Positions 1 to 9,271 are shown, counted from the stretch's first letter. The stretch: DNA of 64,000 bases from Nitrospirota bacterium (GCA_016234115.1 JACRHD010000067.1:13875-77874), one strand, 5' to 3'. Notes: a model not told the origin generated them from the letters alone. A program made the numbers and translations.

Positions 1-89
1 GTGCTTGTAATGGCGGTCATTTATTTTACCGTCCCGGAAAGGTCGTTATTCATTTATCACCAGATAAGATGGTGGAATGAGTTCTGGAA

Positions 90-779
90 ATGAAGATGAA
101 AACAGCCGTCATTATCCCCGCGCTCAACGAATCGAAGACGTTGCCGCTTGTCCTCAGGGACATTCCGAAAGACCTCGTAGACGAGGTCGTGGTGATCGAC
201 AACGGCAGCAGCGACCGGACTCCCGAAATCGCTAAAGGGCTCGGGGCAACCGTGCTGCATGAGACAAGGAGGGGCTACGGATACCCCTGCCTCAGGGGCC
301 TTGAGTACCTGAAGACAAAGGGACCTGACATCGTGGTTTTCGTTGATGGAAACTACAGCGACCATCCGGATGAGATTGGCAGGCTCGTCGCGCCGATAAT
401 AAATGAAGGCTATGACCTTGTTCTGGGCACGCGGGTCACGGGCCGGGCGGAAAAAGGTTCACTCCGCATGCCGGTGCGTTTCGGCAACCGGCTGGCTACG
501 ACATTGATCAGAATCCTTTATGGGTTCAAATATACCGACGTGGGCCCTTTCAGGGCGATCAGGTTCGATAAATTGCTGACGCTCGACATGCAGGACAACC
601 TCGGATGGACCATAGAGATGCAGGTAAAAGCGGTGAAGAAAGGGTTCAGGATACTCGAAGTGCCCGTAAGCTATCGCATGGGGACCGGCAAGTCCAAACT
701 TACCGGAAACCTGAAAGGCATATTCATCGTCGGCTACAGGATTTTGCGGGCGGTTTTCAAGAACCTGTTTTATTCGTAA
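90..779 (+). CDS. Glycosyltransferase family 2 (dolichyl-phosphate mannose/glucose synthase-like)
   Basis: N-terminal 'VIIPALNE...VVVIDNGSSDRT' and 'VFVDGNYSDHP' (DXD-type) are GT2 hallmarks; 229 aa typical size. Confidence 0.8.
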   Translation: MKMKTAVIIPALNESKTLPLVLRDIPKDLVDEVVVIDNGSSDRTPEIAKGLGATVLHETRRGYGYPCLRGLEYLKTKGPDIVVFVDGNYSDHPDEIGRLVAPIINEGYDLVLGTRVTGRAEKGSLRMPVRFGNRLATTLIRILYGFKYTDVGPFRAIRFDKLLTLDMQDNLGWTIEMQVKAVKKGFRILEVPVSYRMGTGKSKLTGNLKGIFIVGYRILRAVFKNLFYS

Positions 780-859
780 CGCCCTCCCAAAAAAAAGGCC
801 CCACCCGCCGGGGTGAAGCCTTTTTTGATTACTTCTTCCTGATATCTCAGACTATATCT

Positions 860-1915
860 CTATCCTTCTCCTATAAACGTCATCGGGTTTTTATAACCAT
901 GACATTCAGTACAGATCTTCCTCGCTTCTGCCGGTGATACCCTCCAGGAGTGCGGTTTATGGCACTTCATGCACTCAAGGCCGACTGTCTGGATATGGAG
1001 CTTATGCCTGCCCACGTTTACCACCTGCGGATGACAGCCCACACAGGTCCCATAGTCGGGCCTTACCTTCTGGTGTGGCTTGTGGCACTGGTAGCAGAAG
1101 AACTGCATCGGCGCGTCAGCAGGCCTGTTGATCTTTGTCGCCTGATCAACAGTCGCGTCAGAGGGCTGGAAGTGCTTGACATCCAGGGTGCCTTCGCGGA
1201 TCAGGGATTGCCTGACAGTCTCATCACCGTGGCAGAAGAGGCATTTTCTCGGGCCGGGCTTCAGATCAGGGGTCCTGTCCGTATGACAGTTCAGGCAGGC
1301 AAGCCCGCCCATCCCCTCGCCGTGCACTTCCTTGTCCTTATGGCAATTAAGGCAGTACCTCTCTTCAAGGTTGAACTTGTGGACCCTGTATCCGTGACAT
1401 TTCGAGCATTCGATCTTCTCCATGAAGTAATGTTTTGCGTGGAGCCTCGACTCATTGATCTTGATGGCGGTCGGATACCGTTTATCTTCCTCCCAGTGGC
1501 AGCTTACACAGGTCTTCCACGGAACTATGATCTTTCCGTATCTCACGGGGACTTTTTCAGTGTTGCGGATAAAGGCGCTCACCATAAGGGCGTTGAGCTC
1601 GCCTATTGAGAGGTGATGGCATTCGTGACAATTAATATCTTTATGTTCGCTCTGCTGCCACGCTGCATAGGATTCATTCATTATATGGCAGGAGTTACAG
1701 AATGCCGGATTATTCTGCGTAAAATTATAAGTCGTAAATGCGGTAAAGCCTGCGCCTCCGACAGTGGCAAGAATCAGGATCGCAATTATCGCCTTTGCGG
1801 CTACAGGCACCCTCGTAGCGAAGGCCCTCCACCTGTCAAGCAGCCCCTTCAATCCCTTTCTGGGCGGCTGAGGCTCTTTATTTTCTTCTTCTAACGGCTC
1901 TTTTTCTTCTTCCAC
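860..1915 (-). CDS. Periplasmic multiheme (about 11 CxxCH) c-type cytochrome with N-terminal membrane anchor
   Basis: Eleven CxxCH heme-binding motifs counted in 351 aa (CNSCH, CHECH, CVSCH, CSKCH, CLNCH x2, CLFCH, CYQCH, CVGCH, CMKCH, CTECH); hydrophobic N-terminal helix; last gene of the cytochrome/NrfCD-like cluster. Confidence 0.85.
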   Translation of the reverse strand: MEEEKEPLEEENKEPQPPRKGLKGLLDRWRAFATRVPVAAKAIIAILILATVGGAGFTAFTTYNFTQNNPAFCNSCHIMNESYAAWQQSEHKDINCHECHHLSIGELNALMVSAFIRNTEKVPVRYGKIIVPWKTCVSCHWEEDKRYPTAIKINESRLHAKHYFMEKIECSKCHGYRVHKFNLEERYCLNCHKDKEVHGEGMGGLACLNCHTDRTPDLKPGPRKCLFCHGDETVRQSLIREGTLDVKHFQPSDATVDQATKINRPADAPMQFFCYQCHKPHQKVRPDYGTCVGCHPQVVNVGRHKLHIQTVGLECMKCHKPHSWRVSPAEARKICTECHGYKNPMTFIGEG

Positions 1916-2024
1916 TTCAAACTACCTCCTTAGATTTTATTGCGTATACCGATAACATTTGTAGGGGCGTTGCATGCAACGCCCCTACAAAGTCATTACG
2001 AAATCTGATAATTATAAACAAATA

Positions 2025-3293
2025 CTATTTATATTTCAACGACGGAATGACCTTATTGAATATCCAGAAGAAGAAAAACGGCAGCCCGCCCATCAGAAGC
2101 GCGCCGAAGAGGCCTTCTTTAAAAGTTTCAAGATTATGCGGGATGATAGGCAGATGGTAATGCATGTACCCTGCAAATGTGAGCGAAAAGGCCTGTCCGC
2201 CTATCACGACGTTCCACCTCATCATAAATACGCCGAAGAGCACCAGCAAGGTTGACAGCACAGCTCTTTTTACGGTAAGTCCCGGCAAGAGCAATAGTAT
2301 AAATGGAACGAGATTGCCGACTGTGTACTGGAGGATAAATATATTGACAAAATCCTTGCCGTAAATAACGCTGCGCAGTATGTCCCATGACTTCACCGCG
2401 GTATATCCCCTGAATATGAGATCTAACAATTCGAGGGTGATGGCGGCAACCAGAAAACCGATCAGGTACTTCGATACCTTTTTTACCATGTCGATCTCGG
2501 CGCCCTTCACTTCGTCGGCGGACATCTGCCAGTGGCGCCTGCCGTGCCTGGATATCTGCCACTTCTGCCACTCCATTATAAGCACAAATGTAAGCAGGCA
2601 AAGGGCAATGCCGGACACAATAGCAGACATGATAAAGATGACCGGCATCAGCGGCGTCATCCATAATGCGTTGGCCTTGACGGACCCGAATATAAAACCG
2701 GCATAGCCGTGAAGGAAGCAGGCAACAGGAATGCCGATACCTGCAAGCATCTTGACCGCTCTCTCATCTTTATGAAGGGCCGCATCGCTGATGTCATGCG
2801 CGCCGAGGGTAAGAACGCTGTATATAATTCTTAAGATAGCATTTCCAATGCCTTCTTTATTCCTGAGGTCATTGACCTGTTCCACAAAAAATTTCCTGTG
2901 AACAAACCATATCTCGCTGGCAACTATAGCCATGTAGACTGAAAAGACCATACCGAAAGCAGCGATTGCCGACGTAAAATGAGGCGTAAGCATGACCTCC
3001 CAGTTTCTCTGCGCCTGCTGAAGGTGAAACAGCAAAGGCATCGGCGCGACCAGAAGAAGCGCGAAAGAGAAAAGGAGGGAAAACTTTGCGATATCTTTCA
3101 GATCATCCTGACCGAAGACATGGTAAAGGGACGAAAGCACAAAGGCACCCGCAACCAGTCCCGTCAGGAACGGATACATGACGATCTGTATGGTCCAGTA
3201 GATGAACTCATTCGGGTAAGTAAATAATTCCTTGACGGTCCATTCCAGACCATGTACGACCATTTCAGCATTTTGAGCGGTTTCCGCTGTCAT
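2025..3293 (-). CDS. NrfD/PsrC-family polytopic membrane protein (quinone-interacting subunit)
   Basis: 422 aa, about 8-10 predicted TM helices, family-typical architecture; immediately downstream of a Tat-exported NrfC-like Fe-S subunit. Confidence 0.75.
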   Translation of the reverse strand: MTAETAQNAEMVVHGLEWTVKELFTYPNEFIYWTIQIVMYPFLTGLVAGAFVLSSLYHVFGQDDLKDIAKFSLLFSFALLLVAPMPLLFHLQQAQRNWEVMLTPHFTSAIAAFGMVFSVYMAIVASEIWFVHRKFFVEQVNDLRNKEGIGNAILRIIYSVLTLGAHDISDAALHKDERAVKMLAGIGIPVACFLHGYAGFIFGSVKANALWMTPLMPVIFIMSAIVSGIALCLLTFVLIMEWQKWQISRHGRRHWQMSADEVKGAEIDMVKKVSKYLIGFLVAAITLELLDLIFRGYTAVKSWDILRSVIYGKDFVNIFILQYTVGNLVPFILLLLPGLTVKRAVLSTLLVLFGVFMMRWNVVIGGQAFSLTFAGYMHYHLPIIPHNLETFKEGLFGALLMGGLPFFFFWIFNKVIPSLKYK

Positions 3294-3297
3294 TTAA

Positions 3298-4104
3298 TCA
3301 CCTCACATTCTCGTCAAGTCCGAGATAATATACCTGCGGTTTAGTCCCGTACTCACTCTTGAGAACGCCTACTCTCTCGGTGAGAACGATTTTTGTAACA
3401 GGGTCATTAGGGTCTTTAAGATTTCCGATCATTCTTGCTCCAAACGGGCAGGCGTCCACACAGGCCGTATTCAGACCTTTTGTTATGCGGTGATAACAGA
3501 AGTTGCACTTCTCTGTCACCTTATGGACAGGGTGAAAGAACCTGACTCCGTAGGGGCACGCCATGATACAATAGCCGCAGCCGATGCACCAGGACCTGTC
3601 GATAAGCACAACTCCGTCAGTCGTCTGATAAGTCGCTCCTACCGGGCACACCTGAACGCACGGCGGCGTGTCACACTGATTGCAGAGCTTAGGGACAAAA
3701 AAGGCCTTGGCGATGTCCTTGGGGTCCACCGCTGTTTCACGTATCTTATTCTCGGTAAACCCATCCCGGGCGCCCATAGGCGAATCAGCAAGCATTTCCC
3801 CGTCTTTCTTTATGATGTACCTCTCCACCCACGTTCTCGTAACCGGGGTGTCGTAAGGCACCTCATTTTCATTCTTGCAGGCCTTGACGCAAAGTCCGCA
3901 GCCGACGCATTTGTAGGTATCAACGAGGAAGGCCCACCTGACTTTGCCCGGCCCTTTTATTTCGGCCATGACTTCCTTGGGTTCGAGAAACTTGATAGCG
4001 CCCATCGGCAGGGCGGTAATCAGAGCTCCTTTAGCTGCCGTTATTAATAGTTCTCTCCTCGAAAATTTCACTTTATCCTCCCAGGTTCGGCTTATGGGGA
4101 TCAT
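3298..4104 (-). CDS. Tat-exported 4x[4Fe-4S] ferredoxin-type subunit (NrfC/PsrB-like)
   Basis: Twin-arginine signal 'SRRELLITAAKGALITALPMGA'; four Cys clusters of CxxCxxCxxxCP type (CVGCGLCVKAC, CNQCDTPPCVQVCP, CIGCGYCIMACP, CNFC...CVDACP). Confidence 0.85.
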   Translation of the reverse strand: MIPISRTWEDKVKFSRRELLITAAKGALITALPMGAIKFLEPKEVMAEIKGPGKVRWAFLVDTYKCVGCGLCVKACKNENEVPYDTPVTRTWVERYIIKKDGEMLADSPMGARDGFTENKIRETAVDPKDIAKAFFVPKLCNQCDTPPCVQVCPVGATYQTTDGVVLIDRSWCIGCGYCIMACPYGVRFFHPVHKVTEKCNFCYHRITKGLNTACVDACPFGARMIGNLKDPNDPVTKIVLTERVGVLKSEYGTKPQVYYLGLDENVR

Positions 4105-4540
4105 GACACATGCTGCACTCCATATCCGGGTTATGCTCGGCGGGATTAATCCCCTTTATTTTTGATCTGTCGCTTTGTTCATAAGGGAGATATGCATGAC
4201 ATCTGATGCATAGGGCCCTGCTTTTGTCGATGACGAGCTTTTCAGGGTTTTCAGGGTGGTCGACAGCGGGACCGTGACAATTTTCGCACTGAATGATACT
4301 GTGCTTTGAAGACATATTGCTGTCGTATTTTTCCTGGTGACAGTCTTTGCAGTATTCCTTTGAGCGGTATTTTACCTTAATGGCCTTCCAGTCTTCCTCG
4401 TTTCCCTTCCTGTGGTAACCATACATGAAACCTCTTTCCCCTGTCCCGAAGTCAGAAGGAACGATTAGAGGTCTGAGAAGAAGAATTAAACCGACCAAAC
4501 CCAAAACAATCCACAATGGACGCCATACATGACTTTTCAA
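4073..4540 (-). CDS. Membrane-anchored tetraheme c-type cytochrome (NapC/NrfH-like size and layout)
   Basis: N-terminal TM helix 'WRPLWIVLGLVGLILLL'; four CxxCH motifs (CKDCH, CENCH, CIRCH, CSMCH) in 155 aa; first gene of the cluster with RBS GGAGG upstream. Confidence 0.75.
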   Translation of the reverse strand: MKSHVWRPLWIVLGLVGLILLLRPLIVPSDFGTGERGFMYGYHRKGNEEDWKAIKVKYRSKEYCKDCHQEKYDSNMSSKHSIIQCENCHGPAVDHPENPEKLVIDKSRALCIRCHAYLPYEQSDRSKIKGINPAEHNPDMECSMCHDPHKPNLGG

Positions 4541-4616
4541 TTTTTATTCCTCCGAGTATTCTTATAGGGGAATTCCCGATAATTATAAAGGCGATTTAAG
4601 ATACCATAAATAATTC

Positions 4617-5009
4617 TTATTCGTCAACTATTGAAAGCGCTATGATCGCATCGATCTCCACTTGGACATCCAACGGCAGTCTGCCCGCCTGAATGGTGGT
4701 CCTTGCGGGCGGGTTATCGGGGAAATATTTTCTGTAGACATCATTGAATCCCGGAAAGTCGTCCATGTCGGCGAGGTAGCAGGTAATCTTTATTACGTCG
4801 CCGAGCCCGGCCCCCGCTTCTTCAGCAATTATCCTGATATTGTCAAGGACGGCCCCGGTTTCCTCTTCTATGGTCCCCCTGACCAGCGTCCCTCCGGCCG
4901 GATCGATGGGGATCTGACCGGAGAGATACAGGAGCCTCTCATGAATTACCGCTTGCGAGTACGGCCCTTTCGGCGCAGGGGCTTTATCCGTATAAAATAT
5001 TTTTTTCAT
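4617..5009 (-). CDS. ridA: RidA/YjgF family reactive-intermediate deaminase
   Basis: 'KAPAPKGPYSQAV...LYLSGQIP' and C-terminal 'RTTIQAGRLPLDVQVEIDAIA' are canonical RidA/YjgF signatures; 130 aa. Confidence 0.85.
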   Translation of the reverse strand: MKKIFYTDKAPAPKGPYSQAVIHERLLYLSGQIPIDPAGGTLVRGTIEEETGAVLDNIRIIAEEAGAGLGDVIKITCYLADMDDFPGFNDVYRKYFPDNPPARTTIQAGRLPLDVQVEIDAIIALSIVDE

Positions 5010-5018
5010 GATCGGCGG

Positions 5019-5243
5019 CTATTTCTTTTTCGCCTTCATCTGCTTGCCGCAGCAAACTATATCGTGTGTCTCCATGCAACCGCAGACTTCATCTACGGTG
5101 ACTGCCATGCCGCATACTCCGCACTGGTATCTGTCGCCTTCCTTTATCTTCGACTTCTTCGCCTTTGTTTTTGTCTTTGTCACCGCTTTTGTTTTCGCCT
5201 TTGTCTTCGACGCTGCTGCTGTTTTCTTCTTTGCTGTTGCCAT
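5019..5243 (-). CDS. Small Lys/Ala/Thr-rich basic protein with C-terminal Cys-rich (CxxC...CxC...CC) putative metal-binding module
   Basis: 74 aa; N-terminal 33 residues of AKKK/TKTK histone-H1-like repeats, C-terminal 'YQCGVCGMAVTVDEVCGCMETHDIVCCG'; good RBS GGAGG upstream; GTNAC palindromic element immediately upstream. Confidence 0.5.
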   Translation of the reverse strand: MATAKKKTAAASKTKAKTKAVTKTKTKAKKSKIKEGDRYQCGVCGMAVTVDEVCGCMETHDIVCCGKQMKAKKK

Positions 5244-5261
5244 GAATTCCTCCTTTGATTA

Positions 5262-5336
5262 GTAACGTGTGACAAGTAACAAGTAACGGGCAAGTTAAAA
5301 AGTATCTCTCGTCACTTGTTACTCGTTACCCGTCAC
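5262..5336. repeat. GTNAC-heptad palindromic element, copy A
   Basis: Four direct 7-bp-spaced GTAAC/GTGAC units, AT-rich 16-nt spacer, then four inverted GTCAC/GTTAC units; paralogous copies at 10186-10258 and 11166-11241. Confidence 0.7.
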
Positions 5337-5345
5337 TTTATCTGT

Positions 5346-5771
5346 TTATTTCCCCAAAGCCTGTTCCAGGTCCATAGCGTGCTCTTGTTCGACGGCTAAA
5401 ATATTTCTGAGCTGTTGGGCCAAATGATACAAGTTCAACTGCTCTGCCTGCGTTATCCTCGCGATATACCGGGCTATGGCGTCATTTTCACCGTCGAGGT
5501 CCTGCTGAAGCATGGTCACGTTGTCTCCTGATATTTTTGCGGAAGGCACGTTAACGGTAGGCACTCCGCCCATATAAGCAATTTGCGCAACAAGGATGGT
5601 AGCGTGCTGGAGCTCTTCCTGCGCGTGAATTATCAGCTCCTTCTGGATGCTCTGGTACATCGCGCCCCTCAGGACCCCCTGATGCTGGGTATACTGGACC
5701 ATTGCCGTATATTCAAGCGCGAGGTCCTTATTCAACAAATCAATCAATTGCTCTTTAGTTATCTTTTCCAT
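5346..5771 (-). CDS. Ferritin-like diiron-carboxylate protein (bacterioferritin/Dps-like)
   Basis: 141 aa with two E..H motifs (EELQHA, EQEHAMDLE) in a four-helix-bundle-sized protein; adjacent to rubrerythrin. Confidence 0.6.
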   Translation of the reverse strand: MEKITKEQLIDLLNKDLALEYTAMVQYTQHQGVLRGAMYQSIQKELIIHAQEELQHATILVAQIAYMGGVPTVNVPSAKISGDNVTMLQQDLDGENDAIARYIARITQAEQLNLYHLAQQLRNILAVEQEHAMDLEQALGK

Positions 5772-6124
5772 GCGCAGCTCCCATAAACGTCGGGGACGAA
5801 CGGTCGTCCGCCCCCGCCTCTCCTCAGCCTTTAATTACTTCTTGGTAGTCTTTTTCACAGTCTTCTTGGTCGTGGCCTTTTCCGTCTTCTTCGGCCCGCA
5901 TTTTCCGCAACCCATGTATTATCCTCCTTTCACGAGATATCCTAATACAAACGGTCACTTATATAATACTAACACCTAACTCGAAATTGTCAACCGTTTA
6001 AATATATGTTATAAATATACCCTGGAGCTTGATCGCCCCCGGTAAATGAGGGCGCTACAATGTAGCGTCGGGGTTTATCCCCGACGGCAAAGCCGCTTTT
6101 TAATTTATGACAGGAGGTTTTAAT

Positions 6125-6703
6125 ATGGCAAAATCAATCAAAGGGACGAGGACGGAACAGAATCTGCTGAAGGCATTCGCCGGAGAATCACAGGCGAGAA
6201 ACAGGTATACGTATTTTGCGGGGGCCGCAAAGAAGGAAGGATATGAGCAGATAGCCGCCTTCTTCCTTGAGACTGCCGAGAATGAAAAAGAGCACGCAAA
6301 GGTCTTCTTCAGGCACCTCGAAGGCGGAGACGTGGAGATCACCGCCGGTTATCCCGCTGGCAAGATCGGGAGCACCAGGGAAAACCTTGATCACGCCGCG
6401 GCCGGTGAAAACCTCGAATGGACGACCCTATACTCTGATTTTGAAAAAATCGCCGTTGATGAAGGGTTCCCTGAAATTGCCGAAAGCTTCAGGCAGATAG
6501 CAAAGGTTGAAAAATTTCACGAAGCGCGATACAGGAGATTATCATCGAACATCGGCAGCGGGACCGTCTTTAAAAAACAGGCGAAGACAGCGTGGCACTG
6601 CAGAAACTGCGGATATGTGATCGAAAGCAATGAAGCGCCCCAGGAGTGTCCCGCATGCAAACATCCTCAGGCGCATTATGAAGTCTTGGCGGAGAACTAT
6701 TAG
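6125..6703 (+). CDS. rbr: Rubrerythrin (N-terminal diiron ferritin-like domain plus C-terminal rubredoxin-like CxxC...CxxC)
   Basis: '[24 protein letters not shown]' and '[10 protein letters not shown]' are rubrerythrin signatures; C-terminal 'CRNCGY...CPACKHP'; start moved to ATG at 6125 preceded by AGGAGG. Confidence 0.9.
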   Translation: MAKSIKGTRTEQNLLKAFAGESQARNRYTYFAGAAKKEGYEQIAAFFLETAENEKEHAKVFFRHLEGGDVEITAGYPAGKIGSTRENLDHAAAGENLEWTTLYSDFEKIAVDEGFPEIAESFRQIAKVEKFHEARYRRLSSNIGSGTVFKKQAKTAWHCRNCGYVIESNEAPQECPACKHPQAHYEVLAENY

Positions 6704-6768
6704 TAAGACAGCATTCAGCGATCAGCGAAGGCTTTTTTTGAGCTGACGGCTGATTGCTGTCGGCTATC

Positions 6769-7008
6769 TTATCCCTTTTTGTCAAAAAGGTCATTGAGGA
6801 TCGTCTCTATCTGCGGCGGGGTTATCCAGTTCTTTTCCAGCAATATCCTCCCTATCAGCCTGTGGGGTCTGTTGGAGATATCGTCATCCATCTGTTCGGA
6901 TAATGCCGACTTGGCCTGTTCCGAGGATATGAAACCTCTGTCAATCGCAATCTTTGCAAAACGCTGACAATACTTCTGTGAAAGCTCCCTGTCGAAGTCA
7001 TTACCCAT
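6769..7008 (-). CDS. Hypothetical small protein
   Basis: 79-aa ORF downstream of the DUF362 gene, same strand; no recognisable family. Confidence 0.35.
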   Translation of the reverse strand: MGNDFDRELSQKYCQRFAKIAIDRGFISSEQAKSALSEQMDDDISNRPHRLIGRILLEKNWITPPQIETILNDLFDKKG

Positions 7009-7227
7009 CTTATATCTCCTCTCACAAGATAATAGTGCTTTTAAAATTCATTCGGTAATAAAAGATAAAAACTTAAATAATCACAGAGAAGCAATCAGCC
7101 CCGGAACACGCAGGGGAAACCCAGGGGACACAGAGTATAGTTTAGCCTCTCCGGTTTTCCTTGACTCGATACTCTGAACTCCCGATTGAAGTCGCGGTGA
7201 TCTCTGCGCCCGGATGCTTTTTCAGAG

Positions 7228-8280
7228 TTATACTTCGATCAGACTGTAATCCGTACTCCCCAGGCCTATTTCCCCGGCATGCTCAAACTGACGCTGGTGC
7301 ACCCCGATCTTTCCCTCCCTTGAGAATATGTCGGTCTTTTTTGTCAGCATGTCAAACGCCGCCTTGTCCGCGGCAACAATGTCCGTTGAAGCGAGGATGC
7401 CCGCGTCTTCCACAATATGGGGGTCGCTGCCGGCGATGCAGTCGCACTCTTCCGTAATGTCTAACGCAAAATCCATAAACACCTTATTCCTGATATGAGC
7501 AAGGATGCCGCTTGCGTATTCGACCATGCGCTCCGCAAATATACTCTCATCCTCATGCCAGTGGACCTGGACCGCATCGAACTTGCAGCAGGCAATACAT
7601 TCGCCGCACCCGATACAGAGATTTGAATTAATAAAGGCCTTTCTGCTCAATTCCGATACCGCCGAAACGGGACATGACTCGATGCAACAGCCGCACAGCG
7701 TGCACTTCGAGGCGTTAATTACAGGTTTCATGGACGAGTGCTGGACCTGTTTGCCGGCGCGCGAGGCCATACCCATCCCGACATTCTTGATTGAAGCCGC
7801 GTATCCCGTCATAACATGCCCCGTGATATGCGACAGGACCACCAGGTCTTCAAGTACAGTAACAAGCGACGGGACCCTGATTTCCTTCACATGCCTGAAA
7901 TCCGCTTTGACCGTCTTTGAATCGGTCCCGAACACGCTGTCGGCTATTATATAAGGGCAGCCGAGCCTGTCGGGCGTGAACCCCTTCTGATATGCCAGGT
8001 TCAGGTGGTCGACCGCGTTCTGCCTCTGTCCCCTGTAAATGACATTCGTGTCAAAAACAAAAGGCCTTGCGCCGCGCCGTTTCAGGTTTTCAACTAAAAT
8101 CTTCACCAGCTCGGGTTTAATATGGCCCGTGTTCTTTTTCTCTCCGACTGTCATCTTGATGCCCACAAACGAACCCTTTTTAAACCGGGAAAGGACCCCG
8201 TCCATATTGTTCAGAAGTTCCCTGAAGCATTCGCTCCTGCTTCGCCCCTGAATACTGCTGAAATAAACTTCCGGTTTCAT
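7228..8280 (-). CDS. DUF362 domain protein with inserted 2x[4Fe-4S] ferredoxin domain
   Basis: Central 'CTLCGCCIESCP' and 'CIGCGECIACC' ferredoxin motifs embedded in a DUF362-type scaffold (N-terminal 'SECFRELLNNMDG', C-terminal 'DPHIVEDAGILASTDIVAADKAAFDM'). Confidence 0.65.
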   Translation of the reverse strand: MKPEVYFSSIQGRSRSECFRELLNNMDGVLSRFKKGSFVGIKMTVGEKKNTGHIKPELVKILVENLKRRGARPFVFDTNVIYRGQRQNAVDHLNLAYQKGFTPDRLGCPYIIADSVFGTDSKTVKADFRHVKEIRVPSLVTVLEDLVVLSHITGHVMTGYAASIKNVGMGMASRAGKQVQHSSMKPVINASKCTLCGCCIESCPVSAVSELSRKAFINSNLCIGCGECIACCKFDAVQVHWHEDESIFAERMVEYASGILAHIRNKVFMDFALDITEECDCIAGSDPHIVEDAGILASTDIVAADKAAFDMLTKKTDIFSREGKIGVHQRQFEHAGEIGLGSTDYSLIEV

Positions 8281-8359
8281 GGTTTCACCTCTCGTCTTTT
8301 AGGGGCAAGGGTCCAGGGTCCAGGTTTCTTTCTGACCCCGGACTCTGGACCCTTGCCCC

Positions 8360-9259
8360 TTAAATTTTTTTCTCCCGTATTTTATACTTTTTTACAAATC
8401 CCGAAGGGTTATATGACAGCTTGGAATGTCTCAGACCCTCGAGCCCCAGGTCCTGTTCGCGGTTGACATACTTGCAGTCGCCGGCTTCATGCCTGAGAAA
8501 CTCCTGGTTGATGACCTGATACAGTCCCGGCATGTCGGCGTTCGCCTTTTCGACATGAATGACCATTGTATCACCCAGGAACTTTTCTCCAAGGGTGAGG
8601 GCAACGATCCTGTTTCCCACTCTTATGATCCCGCCCCTGACTCCGAGCGCCCTGAAATTGTTCAGCATTTCAAGGATAGCGCACCTCTCCTTCTCAAGTC
8701 CCGGATGCTTTCCGCAATCCCTGACCTCGCACCATTCATGTTCAAAGGCAAGGCACTCGCCGACGAGCTCCGCAGTGAGCGTTTGATATCTGTACCGGTA
8801 CATGCCTTTGAACTTGTTTATCTTGTTCTTCTTGTCATGAAACCTGTTACCCTTCAGGCTGACGAGATCATCAACGGAATAAATATAGTCGAAGTGGTCC
8901 CTGTCCTCCTCGATGACGAGGTCCTCATCGCCTCTTAGAAAAGCATCGACAAAACCCTCCGGCACCCTTTCCAGTCCCGGGACTTCGGTACGGGTCTTAA
9001 GATAGCCGAACAACTCTCTGATCGTATCAGGCATCCGTGAATCGCCTATAGGGCAGAACGCCGCTGCCGGCTCAGCGTCTTTCAGGAGGACAAGATTATC
9101 ATTTAACAGAGACACCCTGAAACCATATGCCTTTCTGAAGGCGAATATGTTCGTAAAAGTATATTCGGAGGCTTCGAGGGGATATCTCGACAGAAAATCA
9201 TTGAAGTCTTCCCGTACGGACAAATCCACGTCTGTAAATTCAGGGAATCCGGGCAGCAT
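8360..9259 (-). CDS. DUF2156 (lysyl-phosphatidylglycerol synthase C-terminal-like, GNAT-fold) domain protein
   Basis: 'YTFTNIFAFRKAYGFRVS' and overall 299-aa layout resemble the MprF C-terminal/DUF2156 family. Confidence 0.5.
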   Translation of the reverse strand: MLPGFPEFTDVDLSVREDFNDFLSRYPLEASEYTFTNIFAFRKAYGFRVSLLNDNLVLLKDAEPAAAFCPIGDSRMPDTIRELFGYLKTRTEVPGLERVPEGFVDAFLRGDEDLVIEEDRDHFDYIYSVDDLVSLKGNRFHDKKNKINKFKGMYRYRYQTLTAELVGECLAFEHEWCEVRDCGKHPGLEKERCAILEMLNNFRALGVRGGIIRVGNRIVALTLGEKFLGDTMVIHVEKANADMPGLYQVINQEFLRHEAGDCKYVNREQDLGLEGLRHSKLSYNPSGFVKKYKIREKKI

Positions 9260-9271
9260 CCGATAATTATA

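Noticed and set aside
57-365. 102-aa minus-strand ORF overlapping the 5' end of the GT2 gene
   Set aside because: Antisense to a well-supported GT2 CDS with canonical motifs; no RBS and no motifs of its own, so a frame-shadow ORF.
950-1609. 219-aa plus-strand ORF and neighbours (934-1131, 1613-1894) inside the multiheme cytochrome gene
   Set aside because: Antisense shadows of a gene whose 11 CxxCH motifs make its frame unambiguous.
8122-8466. 114-aa plus-strand ORF across the 8295-8355 hairpin
   Set aside because: Spans a strong 15-bp inverted repeat followed by a T-run (a terminator-like hairpin) and the antisense of the DUF2156 gene end; not credible as coding.
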